From the sequence record SRR33789315_95: a stretch of DNA of 64,000 nucleotides. The stretch is one strand, 5' to 3'. Under the pieces are notes generated by a model. That model was not told where the DNA came from, made no database searches, and was given only the letters and a program-made list of their open reading frames with translations. Positions 49,896-60,346 of the stretch are shown piece by piece; within the stretch, counting starts at the first letter, position 1, and every line of letters begins with the position of its first letter. Both the position numbers and the translations under genes were made by a program.

Positions 49896-51794
49896 ATGAG
49901 TGATGCAATAAAACACGAATGCGGTATATCTTTAATTAGACTACTAAAGCCACTATCTTTTTATAAAGAAAAATATGGTACCGCTTTTTATGGGGTTAAT
50001 AAAATGTACCTCATGATGGAAAAGCAACATAACCGCGGTCAGGATGGAGCAGGATTGGCGACCATTAAACTGGATATGGCTCCTGGAGAACGCTACATAA
50101 GCAGGCAACGCTCCATAGAACAACAGCCTATTCAGGATATTTTTGCAAAAATTAATACTAGAATAAATGAAACAATAGCAGAAAATCCCGAACTGGCAGA
50201 CGATGTTGAATTACAAAAAAAGCATGTACCCTATATAGGCGAATTATTATTAGGACATGTAAGATATGGTACGTTTGGCAAAAATAGCGTGGAAAGTGTT
50301 CACCCATTTTTGCGTCAAAATAATTGGATGCATAGAAATCTAATTGTTGCCGGTAACTTCAACATGACCAATGTTTTTCAGTTATTTAATAAATTGGTTG
50401 AACTTGGCCAACACCCCAAAGAAAAGGCTGACACCATAACGGTGATGGAAAAAATAGGTCATTTTCTAGATGATGCCGTAGCCAAAATTTACAAGCAATT
50501 AAAAAAGGAAGGCTACTCAAAATTTGAAGCGTCACCCCTTATTGCTGAACGTCTAAATATCGCTAAAATACTTAAAAAGGCAGCTAGAGATTGGGATGGT
50601 GGCTATGCTATGGCAGGATTACTAGGGCATGGTGATGCTTTTGTTCTTAGAGATCCCTCTGGAATACGACCAGCTTATTATTATCAAGATGATGAAGTTG
50701 TGGTTGTAGCCAGTGAGCGACCAGTTATACAAACTGTATTTAATGCACCTTTTGAAGCCGTAAAAGAACTTGATCCAGGACACGCCTTAATTGTAAAGAA
50801 AAGCGGAAAAATGTCGATAGAGCTTGTTCACGAACCATTAGAGCGTAAAGCATGTTCTTTTGAACGTATTTATTTCTCTAGAGGAAGCGATGCTGAAATT
50901 TATCAAGAAAGAAAACAACTGGGGCGTTTACTTATGCCTCAAGTATTAAAAATTATTAATAACGATACCCAAAACTCTGTTTTTAGTTATATACCAAATA
51001 CAGCAGAAACCTCTTTTTATGGTCTGGTAGAAGCTGCACAAGATGAGTTAGACAAACAGAAAGTTGCTCAAATTCTTAAAAGCAAAGACAACTTAGACGA
51101 AACAGAATTAAACAGAATTTTAGACTTAAAATTAAGGAAAGAGAAAATTGCTATAAAAGATGTCAAACTACGCACCTTTATTACAGAGGACAGCAGTCGT
51201 GATGATCTTGTTGCCCATGTGTATGATGTGACTTATGGTGTGGTTAAACCCACAGACAATCTTGTCATTATAGACGATAGTATTGTTAGAGGAACTACCT
51301 TGAAAAAAAGTATCATAAAAATGTTATCGCGTTTAAATCCTAAAAAAATTGTGGTGGTCTCCTCAGCCCCACAAATACGATATCCAGATTGTTATGGGAT
51401 TGATATGGCAAAACTCCAAGATTTTATTGCCTTTAGGGCTGCCATAGCACTTCTTAAAGATGAAGGGAAAGCTTCTCTTATTGAGGAGGTTTATGAAAAA
51501 TGCTTGATTCAACTAGATTTCAAGGATAAGGATGTCAAAAATTATGTCAAAGAAATCTATGATCCTTATACAGATGATCAAATTTCTGCTAAAATAGCCG
51601 AACTACTTGTTGATAATGATAACAAAACAGAGGTCAGTGTAGTTTACCAAACTGTTGAGAACCTACATACAGCATGTCCAAAGAATTTAGGCGACTGGTA
51701 TTTTACTGGAGATTACCCAACACCTGGTGGAAATAGAGTGGTCAATAGAGCCTTTATAAATTATGTTGAAGGCAGTAAAGAGCGCGCATATTAG
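49896..51794 (+). CDS. purF: Amidophosphoribosyltransferase (Bacteroidota long form)
   Basis: HECG propeptide/Cys, NRGQD, GHVRY, CSFERIYF, DDSIVRGTT. Confidence 0.93.
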   Translation: MSDAIKHECGISLIRLLKPLSFYKEKYGTAFYGVNKMYLMMEKQHNRGQDGAGLATIKLDMAPGERYISRQRSIEQQPIQDIFAKINTRINETIAENPELADDVELQKKHVPYIGELLLGHVRYGTFGKNSVESVHPFLRQNNWMHRNLIVAGNFNMTNVFQLFNKLVELGQHPKEKADTITVMEKIGHFLDDAVAKIYKQLKKEGYSKFEASPLIAERLNIAKILKKAARDWDGGYAMAGLLGHGDAFVLRDPSGIRPAYYYQDDEVVVVASERPVIQTVFNAPFEAVKELDPGHALIVKKSGKMSIELVHEPLERKACSFERIYFSRGSDAEIYQERKQLGRLLMPQVLKIINNDTQNSVFSYIPNTAETSFYGLVEAAQDELDKQKVAQILKSKDNLDETELNRILDLKLRKEKIAIKDVKLRTFITEDSSRDDLVAHVYDVTYGVVKPTDNLVIIDDSIVRGTTLKKSIIKMLSRLNPKKIVVVSSAPQIRYPDCYGIDMAKLQDFIAFRAAIALLKDEGKASLIEEVYEKCLIQLDFKDKDVKNYVKEIYDPYTDDQISAKIAELLVDNDNKTEVSVVYQTVENLHTACPKNLGDWYFTGDYPTPGGNRVVNRAFINYVEGSKERAY

Positions 51795-51878
51795 TATAAA
51801 ACTACTTTTTTAACTAATATTTTATGATTTTATCTAAATTTTAGTTTTAATGTCAAAAAACAACACTATATTAGCAGA

Positions 51879-51949
51879 ACCATTACATAAGTAGGTTAAG
51901 TATATGGTAGATTTGGGGCAAAAAAGGTGGAAGATTTTCCACCTTTTTT
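51879..51949 (+). ncRNA. Candidate ~70-nt small RNA
   Basis: TATATTAG -7-like element (51867-51874), ACCAT/ATGGT stem, then a strong terminator; no ORF. Confidence 0.4.
51920..51949. terminator. Intrinsic terminator
   Basis: AAAAAAGGTGGAA-GATT-TTCCACCTTTTTT. Confidence 0.9.
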
Positions 51950-51985
51950 ATTTTAACCCCTATTTTTTTGTCTATATAATAAATA

Positions 51986-52007
51986 AGCCCGGTTTAAAAA
52001 CCAGGCT
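51986..52007 (-). terminator. Probable sod terminator
   Basis: AGCCCGGTT...AACCAGGCT imperfect stem with minus-strand T-rich tail, 26 nt after the sod stop. Confidence 0.5.
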
Positions 52008-52033
52008 CATAAAGTTAAAATAACATCTTAATT

Positions 52034-52642
52034 TTAGATTGCAGCAGCATATTTTTTAGCTACTTCCGTCCAATCTATTACATTAAAAAAGGCATTAATA
52101 TAGTCTGGACGTTTGTTTTGATAATTTAGATAATACGCATGTTCCCACACATCAATTCCTAATATAGGAGTACCACCACATCCTACTCCAGGCATAATTG
52201 GGTTATCCTGATTAGGTGTAGAGCAAATCTCTACTTTTCCACCTTCATGAACACATAACCAAGCCCATCCAGAACCAAAACGTGTTCCAGCAGCGGTTGA
52301 GAAAGCTTCTTTAAAAGCTTCAAAAGAACCAAAGGCAGCAGTAATTGCTTCGGCTAGTGCACCTGTAGGCTCCCCGCCTCCATTAGGAGACATTACTTCC
52401 CAAAAAAGAGAGTGGTTATAAAATCCGCCTCCATTATTACGTACGGCACCATTACCCATATCTAGTGTAGTCAAAATCTCTTCGATAGTTTTACTCTCAA
52501 GATCAGTCCCTTCTATTGCAGCATTCAGTTTTGAAGTATATCCCGCATGGTGTTTCCCATGATGTATCTCCATTGTTTTCGCATCAATATGCGGTTCTAA
52601 CGCATCTTTTGCATATTTTAAATCTGGAAGTTCAAAAGCCAT
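52034..52642 (-). CDS. sodA: Fe/Mn superoxide dismutase
   Basis: [30 protein letters not shown]. Confidence 0.95.
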   Translation of the reverse strand: MAFELPDLKYAKDALEPHIDAKTMEIHHGKHHAGYTSKLNAAIEGTDLESKTIEEILTTLDMGNGAVRNNGGGFYNHSLFWEVMSPNGGGEPTGALAEAITAAFGSFEAFKEAFSTAAGTRFGSGWAWLCVHEGGKVEICSTPNQDNPIMPGVGCGGTPILGIDVWEHAYYLNYQNKRPDYINAFFNVIDWTEVAKKYAAAI

Positions 52643-52679
52643 TTGTATAAATTTTATTTATTAATATTTAATTGTTCAT

Positions 52680-52687
52680 CAAAGATA
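52680..52687 (-). promoter_or_regulatory. -7 element for sod
   Basis: TATCTTTG on the minus strand, 37 nt upstream of the ATG. Confidence 0.6.
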
Positions 52688-52793
52688 CGCATTACAGTAT
52701 CCTGTCAAAACATTTACAATGTTATAAAACTCTTAACTTTTAGTTTTATTCTTTAAAATTATTACTATAGCTACTTTATGTAAATTAGATGCC

Positions 52794-55700
52794 ATGCAAC
52801 AACCTCATACCATTACACTTTATGATGCCTCGGCAGGATCTGGGAAAACTTTTACCTTAGTTCGCGATTATTTAGTGACGCTACTATCCAATCAAAATGG
52901 TTACGGCTATAGGTCTATGCTAGCTATCACCTTTACTAACAAGGCTGTAGCCGAAATGAAAACGCGAATTATTAAAAGCCTTAAAGCCTTTAGTAAGCCA
53001 GAAATATTGATTAATCCCACAGATTTATTCAATGCAATTGTTGCTAAAACAGGTATGGATGCCGAAACTATACATAAAAGAGCTGCTCAAAATTTACACA
53101 ACATACTCCAAGACTATGCCTCGTTTGACATCGTTACGATAGACACATTCACACATAGAATAATTAGAACATTTGCCAGAGACCTTAAAATTCCTCAAAA
53201 TTTTGAAGTTGAATTAAATTCGAAAGAAATAATTAGACTCGCCGTAGATAAGTTAATTGATCGTGCCGGAACAGACGATCAACTCACAAGTATTCTAGTA
53301 GAATATGCGCTTGAAAAGACAAATTCTGATAAAAGCTGGGATATTTCTAGAGAGTTTTACGATATCGGAAAATTATTAATGAGTGAAAATGACAGGTTAC
53401 AAATCAACTTGCTTAAAAGTAAATCCCTTACCCATTTTTCTGATCTTAAAAAGTATTTAAACAACAAAATTAACGGCTTAGATAAAAAAATAAGACTGGA
53501 TGCCAGAAAACTTCTTAATTATATTGAAGAGCAAGGTTTAACCGAAAAAGCCTTTAGCGGCGCATATTTTCCTAAAGCAATTACTAAATGTACTGAGGGA
53601 GACTTTAATTGGAATATGGACACAAAGTGGATAAAAGAAATAAAAGACAAACCACTATATGCAAAAAGCCAGCCCGCACAAATCAAGGCCATTTTAGAGG
53701 ATATAAGTCCTAAACTAATAGCAGATTTTCTTGTTATAAAAAAGGATGTGTTAACCTACAGACTCGCAGAAGACTTGTTAAAAAAAATAACGCCACTTTC
53801 TGTGCTGAGTGTCATTCAGCAAGAAGTAAATCGTATTAAAGCCGATAAAAATATCGTTTTAATAAATGATTTTAATGAGCTCATCAACCAACAAATTATT
53901 GATCAACCCACTCCCTTTATTTATGAGCGTCTAGGCGAAAGATATCGCAACTATTTTATAGATGAATTTCAAGATACCTCAAAATTACAGTGGACTAATC
54001 TTATTCCGTTAATTGATAATGCGGTGAGTTCTGAAAACACGAGTGGAGTTTCTGGAAGCCTAATGTTAGTGGGTGACCCTAAGCAAGCTATTTATAGGTG
54101 GCGAGGTGGTTATGCTGAACAATTTATTGATTTATCCCTTGGAAAAGGTCCTTTTCCCTCTTTAAGTAAAGAGCCATTAGATACTAATTATAGAAGTCAA
54201 GAGGTCATAGTAACTTTTAATAATAAGTTTTTCTCCCATTGTGCCGCATATCTCGAAAGTTCTATTTACTCCCGAATATATGCTGACGGAAATAAACAAT
54301 TACCCAATACTAAAGCAGACGGCTTTGTTTCGATAGAATTTATAGAAGCTGCCAATCAAGCCGAAGCCACTCCACTTTTTTTAGAACGCACTTTAAATAC
54401 GGGAAAAGAAATATTAGAAAGAGGAATTGCACTTAAAGACATCTGTATTTTGGTACGAAGAAATGCCGAAGGAGTTGAGCTTGCAACGACTTTTCAAGAA
54501 GCTGGTATTCCTGTTATATCTAGCGAAAGCCTTTTATTAATGCAATCTTCTGAAGTAAATCTTATTATCAACCTGTTTAAGTTTTCAATTTCACCAGATG
54601 AAGCTGAAATCGCATTATCTATCCTAGAATTCTGTGCGCAAAACTTGAAATTGCCTAATCCACACACCTTTTATCAGGAAAATATTACGCTTTCAGGACA
54701 AGCCCTTTTTCAAGCATTGGAAAATTATGGGTTTACCTTCAGCCTGACGAAGTTGACCGAATTGCCCTTATATGAAGCCACAGAATATATAGTAAGGAGT
54801 TTTAGCTTGAACACAAAAGCTGGATCTTATCTGCAAGCATTCTTAGAAAATATATTTGTTTTCGCAGAAAAAAATAATTCGGGACTGTATGGTTTTCTAG
54901 AATGGTGGGAAAACAATAAAGATAAACTCAGTATTAGCACACCACCTGGAATTAATGCGATTCAAATCATGTCCATTCATAAGGCAAAAGGACTTGAATT
55001 TCCCATCGTAATTTATCCTTTTGCAACTAGTAAAATTTATAAACACGACGTTTCAAATTGGTATCCCACAGATCCAGAAGAATATAGTGGTTTTGAACAC
55101 TTGCTGTTAAGTCAAAAATCGGCTATACAAGATTATAACACTACAGCAGAAAGTCTTTATCTTCAAAAAAAGCAAGAACAACAACTTGATGCTCTTAATG
55201 TGTTATATGTTGCACTTACCCGAGCATCAGAAGAATTATACATTCTAACAAGTTCTAAAGCTAAAACGCCAAGTGAACCCTCAGATTATTCAGATTTTTT
55301 CATTTCTTATTTAAATGAGTTATCTCTTTGGGATCCAGAAACAGCGCATTATACTTTTGGTAAAATTCCCCAAACTTTCGAATATAATACTAATGATACA
55401 ATAGATACACTGGAGCTCAAACTTATTTCTTCAGAAAAGGAAGAACACCAACTCAAAGTTGTTACGCACCCCGCATCTAGTCTAAGTGACGCTATTAACG
55501 AAGCTATAATTGCGGGAAATAAAACGCACGCTATTTTAGCTCTAATAGTCCACGAAAAAGAAGTAGCCCAAAAAATACAGAAAGCAATAAATCTGGGGTT
55601 AATTTCATTAGAAGAGCATCTAAATTATGAAGAATTAATAAAAAAGTTGATAAGCCAACTCAAACCTCTTGGTTTTTTTAATTCAAAACATGAGGTTTAT

Positions 55701-55934
55701 AATGAGCGTGATTTTCTTTATAAGAATGTAATATATAGACCAGATCGTGTTGAGATCTCGGCTTCTAAAGAAGTATTCCTTTTAGACTATAAAACAGGCT
55801 TGCCTCAAGAAGAGCACAAACTTCAGCTTGCATCCTATGCTCAAGTATTAAAAAGTATGGGATATCGTTTAAAAATGCAGGTTTTGGTCTATTTTACTAA
55901 TTTAGAAACCCTAAAAATCTTTCAAATCAACTAG
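52794..55934 (+). CDS. addA: UvrD-family helicase-nuclease, AddA-like
   Basis: ASAGSGKT, TFTNKA, DEFQD, GDPKQAIYRWR, HKAKGLEF, YVALTRA, C-terminal RPD...DYKTG nuclease. Confidence 0.88.
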   Translation: MQQPHTITLYDASAGSGKTFTLVRDYLVTLLSNQNGYGYRSMLAITFTNKAVAEMKTRIIKSLKAFSKPEILINPTDLFNAIVAKTGMDAETIHKRAAQNLHNILQDYASFDIVTIDTFTHRIIRTFARDLKIPQNFEVELNSKEIIRLAVDKLIDRAGTDDQLTSILVEYALEKTNSDKSWDISREFYDIGKLLMSENDRLQINLLKSKSLTHFSDLKKYLNNKINGLDKKIRLDARKLLNYIEEQGLTEKAFSGAYFPKAITKCTEGDFNWNMDTKWIKEIKDKPLYAKSQPAQIKAILEDISPKLIADFLVIKKDVLTYRLAEDLLKKITPLSVLSVIQQEVNRIKADKNIVLINDFNELINQQIIDQPTPFIYERLGERYRNYFIDEFQDTSKLQWTNLIPLIDNAVSSENTSGVSGSLMLVGDPKQAIYRWRGGYAEQFIDLSLGKGPFPSLSKEPLDTNYRSQEVIVTFNNKFFSHCAAYLESSIYSRIYADGNKQLPNTKADGFVSIEFIEAANQAEATPLFLERTLNTGKEILERGIALKDICILVRRNAEGVELATTFQEAGIPVISSESLLLMQSSEVNLIINLFKFSISPDEAEIALSILEFCAQNLKLPNPHTFYQENITLSGQALFQALENYGFTFSLTKLTELPLYEATEYIVRSFSLNTKAGSYLQAFLENIFVFAEKNNSGLYGFLEWWENNKDKLSISTPPGINAIQIMSIHKAKGLEFPIVIYPFATSKIYKHDVSNWYPTDPEEYSGFEHLLLSQKSAIQDYNTTAESLYLQKKQEQQLDALNVLYVALTRASEELYILTSSKAKTPSEPSDYSDFFISYLNELSLWDPETAHYTFGKIPQTFEYNTNDTIDTLELKLISSEKEEHQLKVVTHPASSLSDAINEAIIAGNKTHAILALIVHEKEVAQKIQKAINLGLISLEEHLNYEELIKKLISQLKPLGFFNSKHEVYNERDFLYKNVIYRPDRVEISASKEVFLLDYKTGLPQEEHKLQLASYAQVLKSMGYRLKMQVLVYFTNLETLKIFQIN

Positions 55935-56133
55935 GATAAAAATTACAATTTAATTACATCAATTTCATCTTATAAACAGCAAAAAGAATTATACAAATAG
56001 AACTCGCAACCACTAACCGCAATCTTTGCGTATTTTTCTGATTTTTTCTTAAAAAATTAAATTTCACACAATTAGGAAAGCCAAACTTCAAGATATTAAT
56101 CAATTTGGTTAACAGAATTTTATTATTTTCCCC

Positions 56134-56164
56134 TTTGTTGATAAATTTTAACAACTTACATTTG
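56134..56164 (+). promoter_or_regulatory. Consensus Bacteroidota promoter for ompA
   Basis: TTTG (56134-56137), 19-nt spacer, TACATTTG (56157-56164). Confidence 0.75.
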
Positions 56165-56195
56165 CTTAATTAACACTTAAAACTACATTTTGAAT

Positions 56196-57566
56196 ATGAA
56201 AAATATTAACAAATTAATTGTGTTTGCACTTTTGGTTTTTATTGGAACCTTTTCTGCTAACGCACAGGATGAAAATAACCCGTGGGCTTTAAATTTTGGT
56301 ACTAACGCAGTTGATTTTTCATCTGCTGGAGGTGATGAATCATGGAACGCTGGGATGTTTGACGAATTTTTCAACACAGATCATTTTAATATACTTCCTT
56401 CTATAGGTTATTTAGAAGTAGGAAGATATGTAGGGAATGGTTTTAGTGTAAGTGCTATGGGAAATTTAAATCACATAGATATTTTAGGAGATGCCTCGGT
56501 TTCTCAATTTACTTACATGTCACTTGACGCTGGGGTTTCATACAGTTTTAAAGATATTTTAAAATCTAACTGGTTTGATCCATCATTAGGTGTAGGTGGT
56601 GGTTATACTTGGCTTGAAGATTGGAGACCTAATTCTGCAACTGGAAATGCTGCTCTTGGGTTTAAAATATTATTATCAGAATACTTTAACATAAACGTAA
56701 AATCAACTTACAAACACCCATTTAACGATAGAGGTTACAACCATTTTGTACATACAGTGGGTCTTGGTATCGTGTTTGGCGGTACAGATACTGATGGTGA
56801 TGGTATCTACGACAAAAATGATGAGTGTCCAGAAGTATTTGGTTTAGCTGCTTTTAACGGTTGCCCTGATACAGATGGTGACGGTATTAAAGATTCTTTA
56901 GATGCATGTCCTACTGTTGCTGGTCCTCCAGAATTAAACGGATGTCCTGATACTGATGGTGATGGTATTGCAGATAAAGATGATATGTGTCCTAATGTTG
57001 CTGGTCTAGCTGCTCTAGGTGGTTGTCCTGATGCTGATGGTGATGGTGTAAAAGATGGAGATGACAAATGTCCTAATGAAGCTGGTCCTGCAGAAAATGA
57101 CGGTTGCCCATATGTAGATACAGATGGTGATGGCGTTCTTGATAAAGATGATGACTGTCCAACTGTAGCTGGTCCTGTGGCAAATAATGGTTGCCCAGAA
57201 GTAACTGTTGAAGCTCTTGAGGAATTAAACATGCAAGTGCGTTCAGTTCTTTTTGATTTAAACAAAGCTAAAATTCGTCAAGAATCTGAAGAAACGCTAG
57301 ATGCTGTTGCAGATGCTATGAAAGCTTATCCTAATACAAGCTTCTTAGTAGAAGGGCACACAGATAGTACAGGTAGTGCTAAATACAACAAGCAATTGTC
57401 AAAAGAGCGTGCTGCCTCTGTTATGACCTATTTGGTAAATAAAGGAATAGATGCTGAAAGACTTTCTTCTGAAGGATTTGGTGAAGAAAGACCGGTAGCA
57501 AGTAATAATACCAATGCGGGTAGACAACAAAACAGACGTGTAGAGCTATCTCTTATTGAAGACTAG
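56196..57566 (+). CDS. OmpA family protein with thrombospondin type-3 Ca-binding repeats
   Basis: Signal peptide, beta-barrel, five DxDGDG...CP repeats, GHTD...LS..RA...NRRVE. Confidence 0.93.
   Translation: MKNINKLIVFALLVFIGTFSANAQDENNPWALNFGTNAVDFSSAGGDESWNAGMFDEFFNTDHFNILPSIGYLEVGRYVGNGFSVSAMGNLNHIDILGDASVSQFTYMSLDAGVSYSFKDILKSNWFDPSLGVGGGYTWLEDWRPNSATGNAALGFKILLSEYFNINVKSTYKHPFNDRGYNHFVHTVGLGIVFGGTDTDGDGIYDKNDECPEVFGLAAFNGCPDTDGDGIKDSLDACPTVAGPPELNGCPDTDGDGIADKDDMCPNVAGLAALGGCPDADGDGVKDGDDKCPNEAGPAENDGCPYVDTDGDGVLDKDDDCPTVAGPVANNGCPEVTVEALEELNMQVRSVLFDLNKAKIRQESEETLDAVADAMKAYPNTSFLVEGHTDSTGSAKYNKQLSKERAASVMTYLVNKGIDAERLSSEGFGEERPVASNNTNAGRQQNRRVELSLIED
56787..57197 (+). repeat. Five coding TSP3 repeats (~81-nt period)
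   Basis: GATAC(T/A)GATGGTGA(T/C)GG-like units encoding D(T/A)DGDG..D..D.CP...G....GCP. Confidence 0.9.
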
Positions 57567-57589
57567 TTCTCTATAAAATAATCTTAAGA

Positions 57590-57616
57590 AAAACGCTCCA
57601 CAATGTGGGGCGTTTT
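57590..57616 (+). terminator. ompA terminator
   Basis: AAAACGCTCCAC-AAT-GTGGGGCGTTTT. Confidence 0.85.
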
Positions 57617-57629
57617 CTATTTTTATACA

Positions 57630-60344
57630 ATGACGACATTCATAGATGAGCTTAAACAATCACTTATCCAGGCCAACATCCCTTTTGAGAAACTTACGGT
57701 GGTTTTACCCTCAAAAAGAGCTGGAACTGTTTTAAAAAACAAACTTGTTCAAGAGATACCTTCAGAAAGTAGTTTTTTACCTCAAATCATAGGTATAGAA
57801 GAATTAATAGAGGACATGTCTGGTCTAAGTTCTTGCGATTCTTTAGAGCTTTTACTAGAGCTTTATTCGGTTTATGCACAGTATTCTACTCAAACCAATA
57901 AAGATTCTTTTTTAGAATTTATGAGTTGGGGCCAAACCTTACTGGCAGATTTTAATGAAATTGATCATTATTTAATAAACACAACTGATTTTTTCAACTA
58001 TTTAAAAGCGGTAAAAGACCTAAATCACTGGTCTCTTCAAGCAGATGAAAAACCCTTAATAGCAGATTATATTAAGTTTTGGCACACATTACCTGATTTG
58101 TATGCACAACTAAACAAGACACTTCTGGCCGAAAATAAAGGCTATCAAGGTATGTTGTATAGAAAAGCAGCAGAACGTGCTAATATTTATATTTCTGAAG
58201 AGCAAGGTCATTTTGTTTTTGCCGGTTTTAACGCTTTAAATGCGGCCGAGCAGCTCATTATTCAGGAATTTCTAGAGCAAAAAAAAGCTGATATCATTTG
58301 GGATATTGACACGCATTTTCTTTCAGAAAGCAATAATGCAGTAAGCCATTTTATTAAGAGTTATTATAGGAATTGGCCACAACTTAAAGATCAAAATCTC
58401 CAACAAATAGGCCGAAACAATTTCAATACTAACAAAACTATTTTCACTTATAGCGCTGCCCAGCAAATAGGCCAAGTAAAATGGGTGGGTAATTTGTTAG
58501 AAAACCAATCAACCGAAGAACTTCAACAAACCGCTGTGGTTTTAGGGGAAGAAAGTCAACTATTACCGCTTCTTAATTCGCTCCCAGAAAATGTTCAAGC
58601 GCTAAACGTAACTATGGGAATCCCATTAAAGCAAATTCCGGATACTGCATTTTATTCGGCTTTGTTTCAAATGCAGCAAAATAATAATACCTCACGTTAC
58701 CATTATAAAGATGTTCTCGCACTTATCAATCAGCCATTAACCAAAAGACTTTTGGGCACCTATTGTGACATTATTAAAACCCAATTGGTCAAAAACAACT
58801 ATACCTACATCCCTGTTCAAAAATTAATAGAGTTATGTGCTCCTATAGAAAACATAGCTAGCGCGCTATTTGCACTGTGGGAAAATAATTCGGGTACCGC
58901 ACTTTTACAGATTAACTTCTTAATTAAAGAACTTAAAAGCACCCACGCTACCCCAAACCGTTTTCTGCAAATTGAGTATCTCAATAGATTTGAAAAACTT
59001 TTTAGCAGACTACAAGAGCTCGTGCTCAAGTATTCCTTTATAAGCAGTGTTAAGGCACTCGCACTGTTTTATGAAAGTCTTCTAGCCGAAGAAACACTTG
59101 ATTTAATAGGAAGTCCCTACACGGGATTACAAATAATGGGTGTGCTAGAATCCAGAACTTTAGATTTTAAAAATGTTATTATAACTGCATTAAACGAAGG
59201 CACATTACCTTCTGGAAAAACACAAAACAGTTACATTCCTTTTGATCTTAAAGTAGAATATAAACTGCCTACTTACCGAGAAAAAGATTCCATTTATGCC
59301 TATCACTTTTTTAGGTTATTGCAGCGGGCAGAAAATGTTCATCTTTTATATAATAATCAAGCTGAAGGATTGTCTAGTGGTGAAAAAAGCCGCTTTATCC
59401 TACAACTCGAAGCTGACCAAACCGCAAATTTCAACTACAAAGAAATTGCTGTTGTAGCGCCTACTATACTAAAACAAACCCAGCTCAAGCACATTGAGAA
59501 AAGTCCAGCTATTCTAGAAAAATTGGCAGCTCATGCGCAATCTGGATTTTCGCCTTCGGCACTTACAACCTATATTAGAAACCCCTATGATTTTTATACT
59601 AGATATGTTTTAGGCGTAAAAGAAGTAGAAGAAGTAGAAGAAACCGTTGCTTTTAATACGTTGGGTACCGTTGTACATCAGGCGTTAGAAAATTTATATG
59701 ATCCTTTTTTAAATACCATGCTTTCAGTCCCCATTTTAGAGCAAATCTTAAAAAAAGTTCATCAGGAAGTACACCAGCAATTTGAAAAAGAATACGGACT
59801 AGAAAATCTTGAAACGGGAAAAAACCTCATTATTTTTAATGTCGCCAAGCAGTTTGTTATCAATTTCATTCAGATGGAAAAAAGAGCCATTGAAGACGGT
59901 AACACCATAGCCATTAAAGAGCTGGAAGCCAACTATAAAATAGGTTTCACGACTAAATTGCACAGCGTAAATCTGCGAGGTTCTATAGACCGAATAGATC
60001 TTTTTAATGATACACTGCGCATTATAGATTATAAAACCGGAAGAGTTGAGCCTGCACAATTAAAAATAAACGACTGGGATTTATTAATAGAAGACTATAC
60101 CTATTCTAAAGCTTTTCAAGTACTTAATTACGCCCTTTTATTATCTAAATCTGGGCTTCTTACTCCAAACACCGAAGCTGGTATTTTTTCTTTTAAAAAC
60201 ATAGGAAGCGGGTTTATGAAATTTAACGAAAATAAAAATTCATATATAACCGAAGAGGTGTTACAGCGTTTTGAAATTGAATTGGGTTTTTTAATCGATG
60301 AGATTTTAGATCCTGAAAAGCCTTTTATGGAAAAACTTACTTAA
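57630..60344 (+). CDS. addB: AddB-like inactive helicase + PD-(D/E)XK nuclease
   Basis: VLPSKRA, AGFNAL, MGVLESR, SPSAL, GSIDRID...DYKTG, QVLNY; start ATG 57630. Confidence 0.85.
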   Translation: MTTFIDELKQSLIQANIPFEKLTVVLPSKRAGTVLKNKLVQEIPSESSFLPQIIGIEELIEDMSGLSSCDSLELLLELYSVYAQYSTQTNKDSFLEFMSWGQTLLADFNEIDHYLINTTDFFNYLKAVKDLNHWSLQADEKPLIADYIKFWHTLPDLYAQLNKTLLAENKGYQGMLYRKAAERANIYISEEQGHFVFAGFNALNAAEQLIIQEFLEQKKADIIWDIDTHFLSESNNAVSHFIKSYYRNWPQLKDQNLQQIGRNNFNTNKTIFTYSAAQQIGQVKWVGNLLENQSTEELQQTAVVLGEESQLLPLLNSLPENVQALNVTMGIPLKQIPDTAFYSALFQMQQNNNTSRYHYKDVLALINQPLTKRLLGTYCDIIKTQLVKNNYTYIPVQKLIELCAPIENIASALFALWENNSGTALLQINFLIKELKSTHATPNRFLQIEYLNRFEKLFSRLQELVLKYSFISSVKALALFYESLLAEETLDLIGSPYTGLQIMGVLESRTLDFKNVIITALNEGTLPSGKTQNSYIPFDLKVEYKLPTYREKDSIYAYHFFRLLQRAENVHLLYNNQAEGLSSGEKSRFILQLEADQTANFNYKEIAVVAPTILKQTQLKHIEKSPAILEKLAAHAQSGFSPSALTTYIRNPYDFYTRYVLGVKEVEEVEETVAFNTLGTVVHQALENLYDPFLNTMLSVPILEQILKKVHQEVHQQFEKEYGLENLETGKNLIIFNVAKQFVINFIQMEKRAIEDGNTIAIKELEANYKIGFTTKLHSVNLRGSIDRIDLFNDTLRIIDYKTGRVEPAQLKINDWDLLIEDYTYSKAFQVLNYALLLSKSGLLTPNTEAGIFSFKNIGSGFMKFNENKNSYITEEVLQRFEIELGFLIDEILDPEKPFMEKLT

Positions 60345-60346
60345 GT

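Noticed and set aside
56787-57265. Regularly spaced DNA repeats (CRISPR-like?) and a 152-aa antisense ORF
   Set aside because: Repeats are degenerate at third positions and encode TSP3 motifs of OmpA; there are no unique spacers or cas genes, and the ORF is a shadow.
52794-60344. UvrD + PD-(D/E)XK nuclease as an anti-phage system
   Set aside because: Sizes and motifs fit housekeeping AddAB in a core-gene context.
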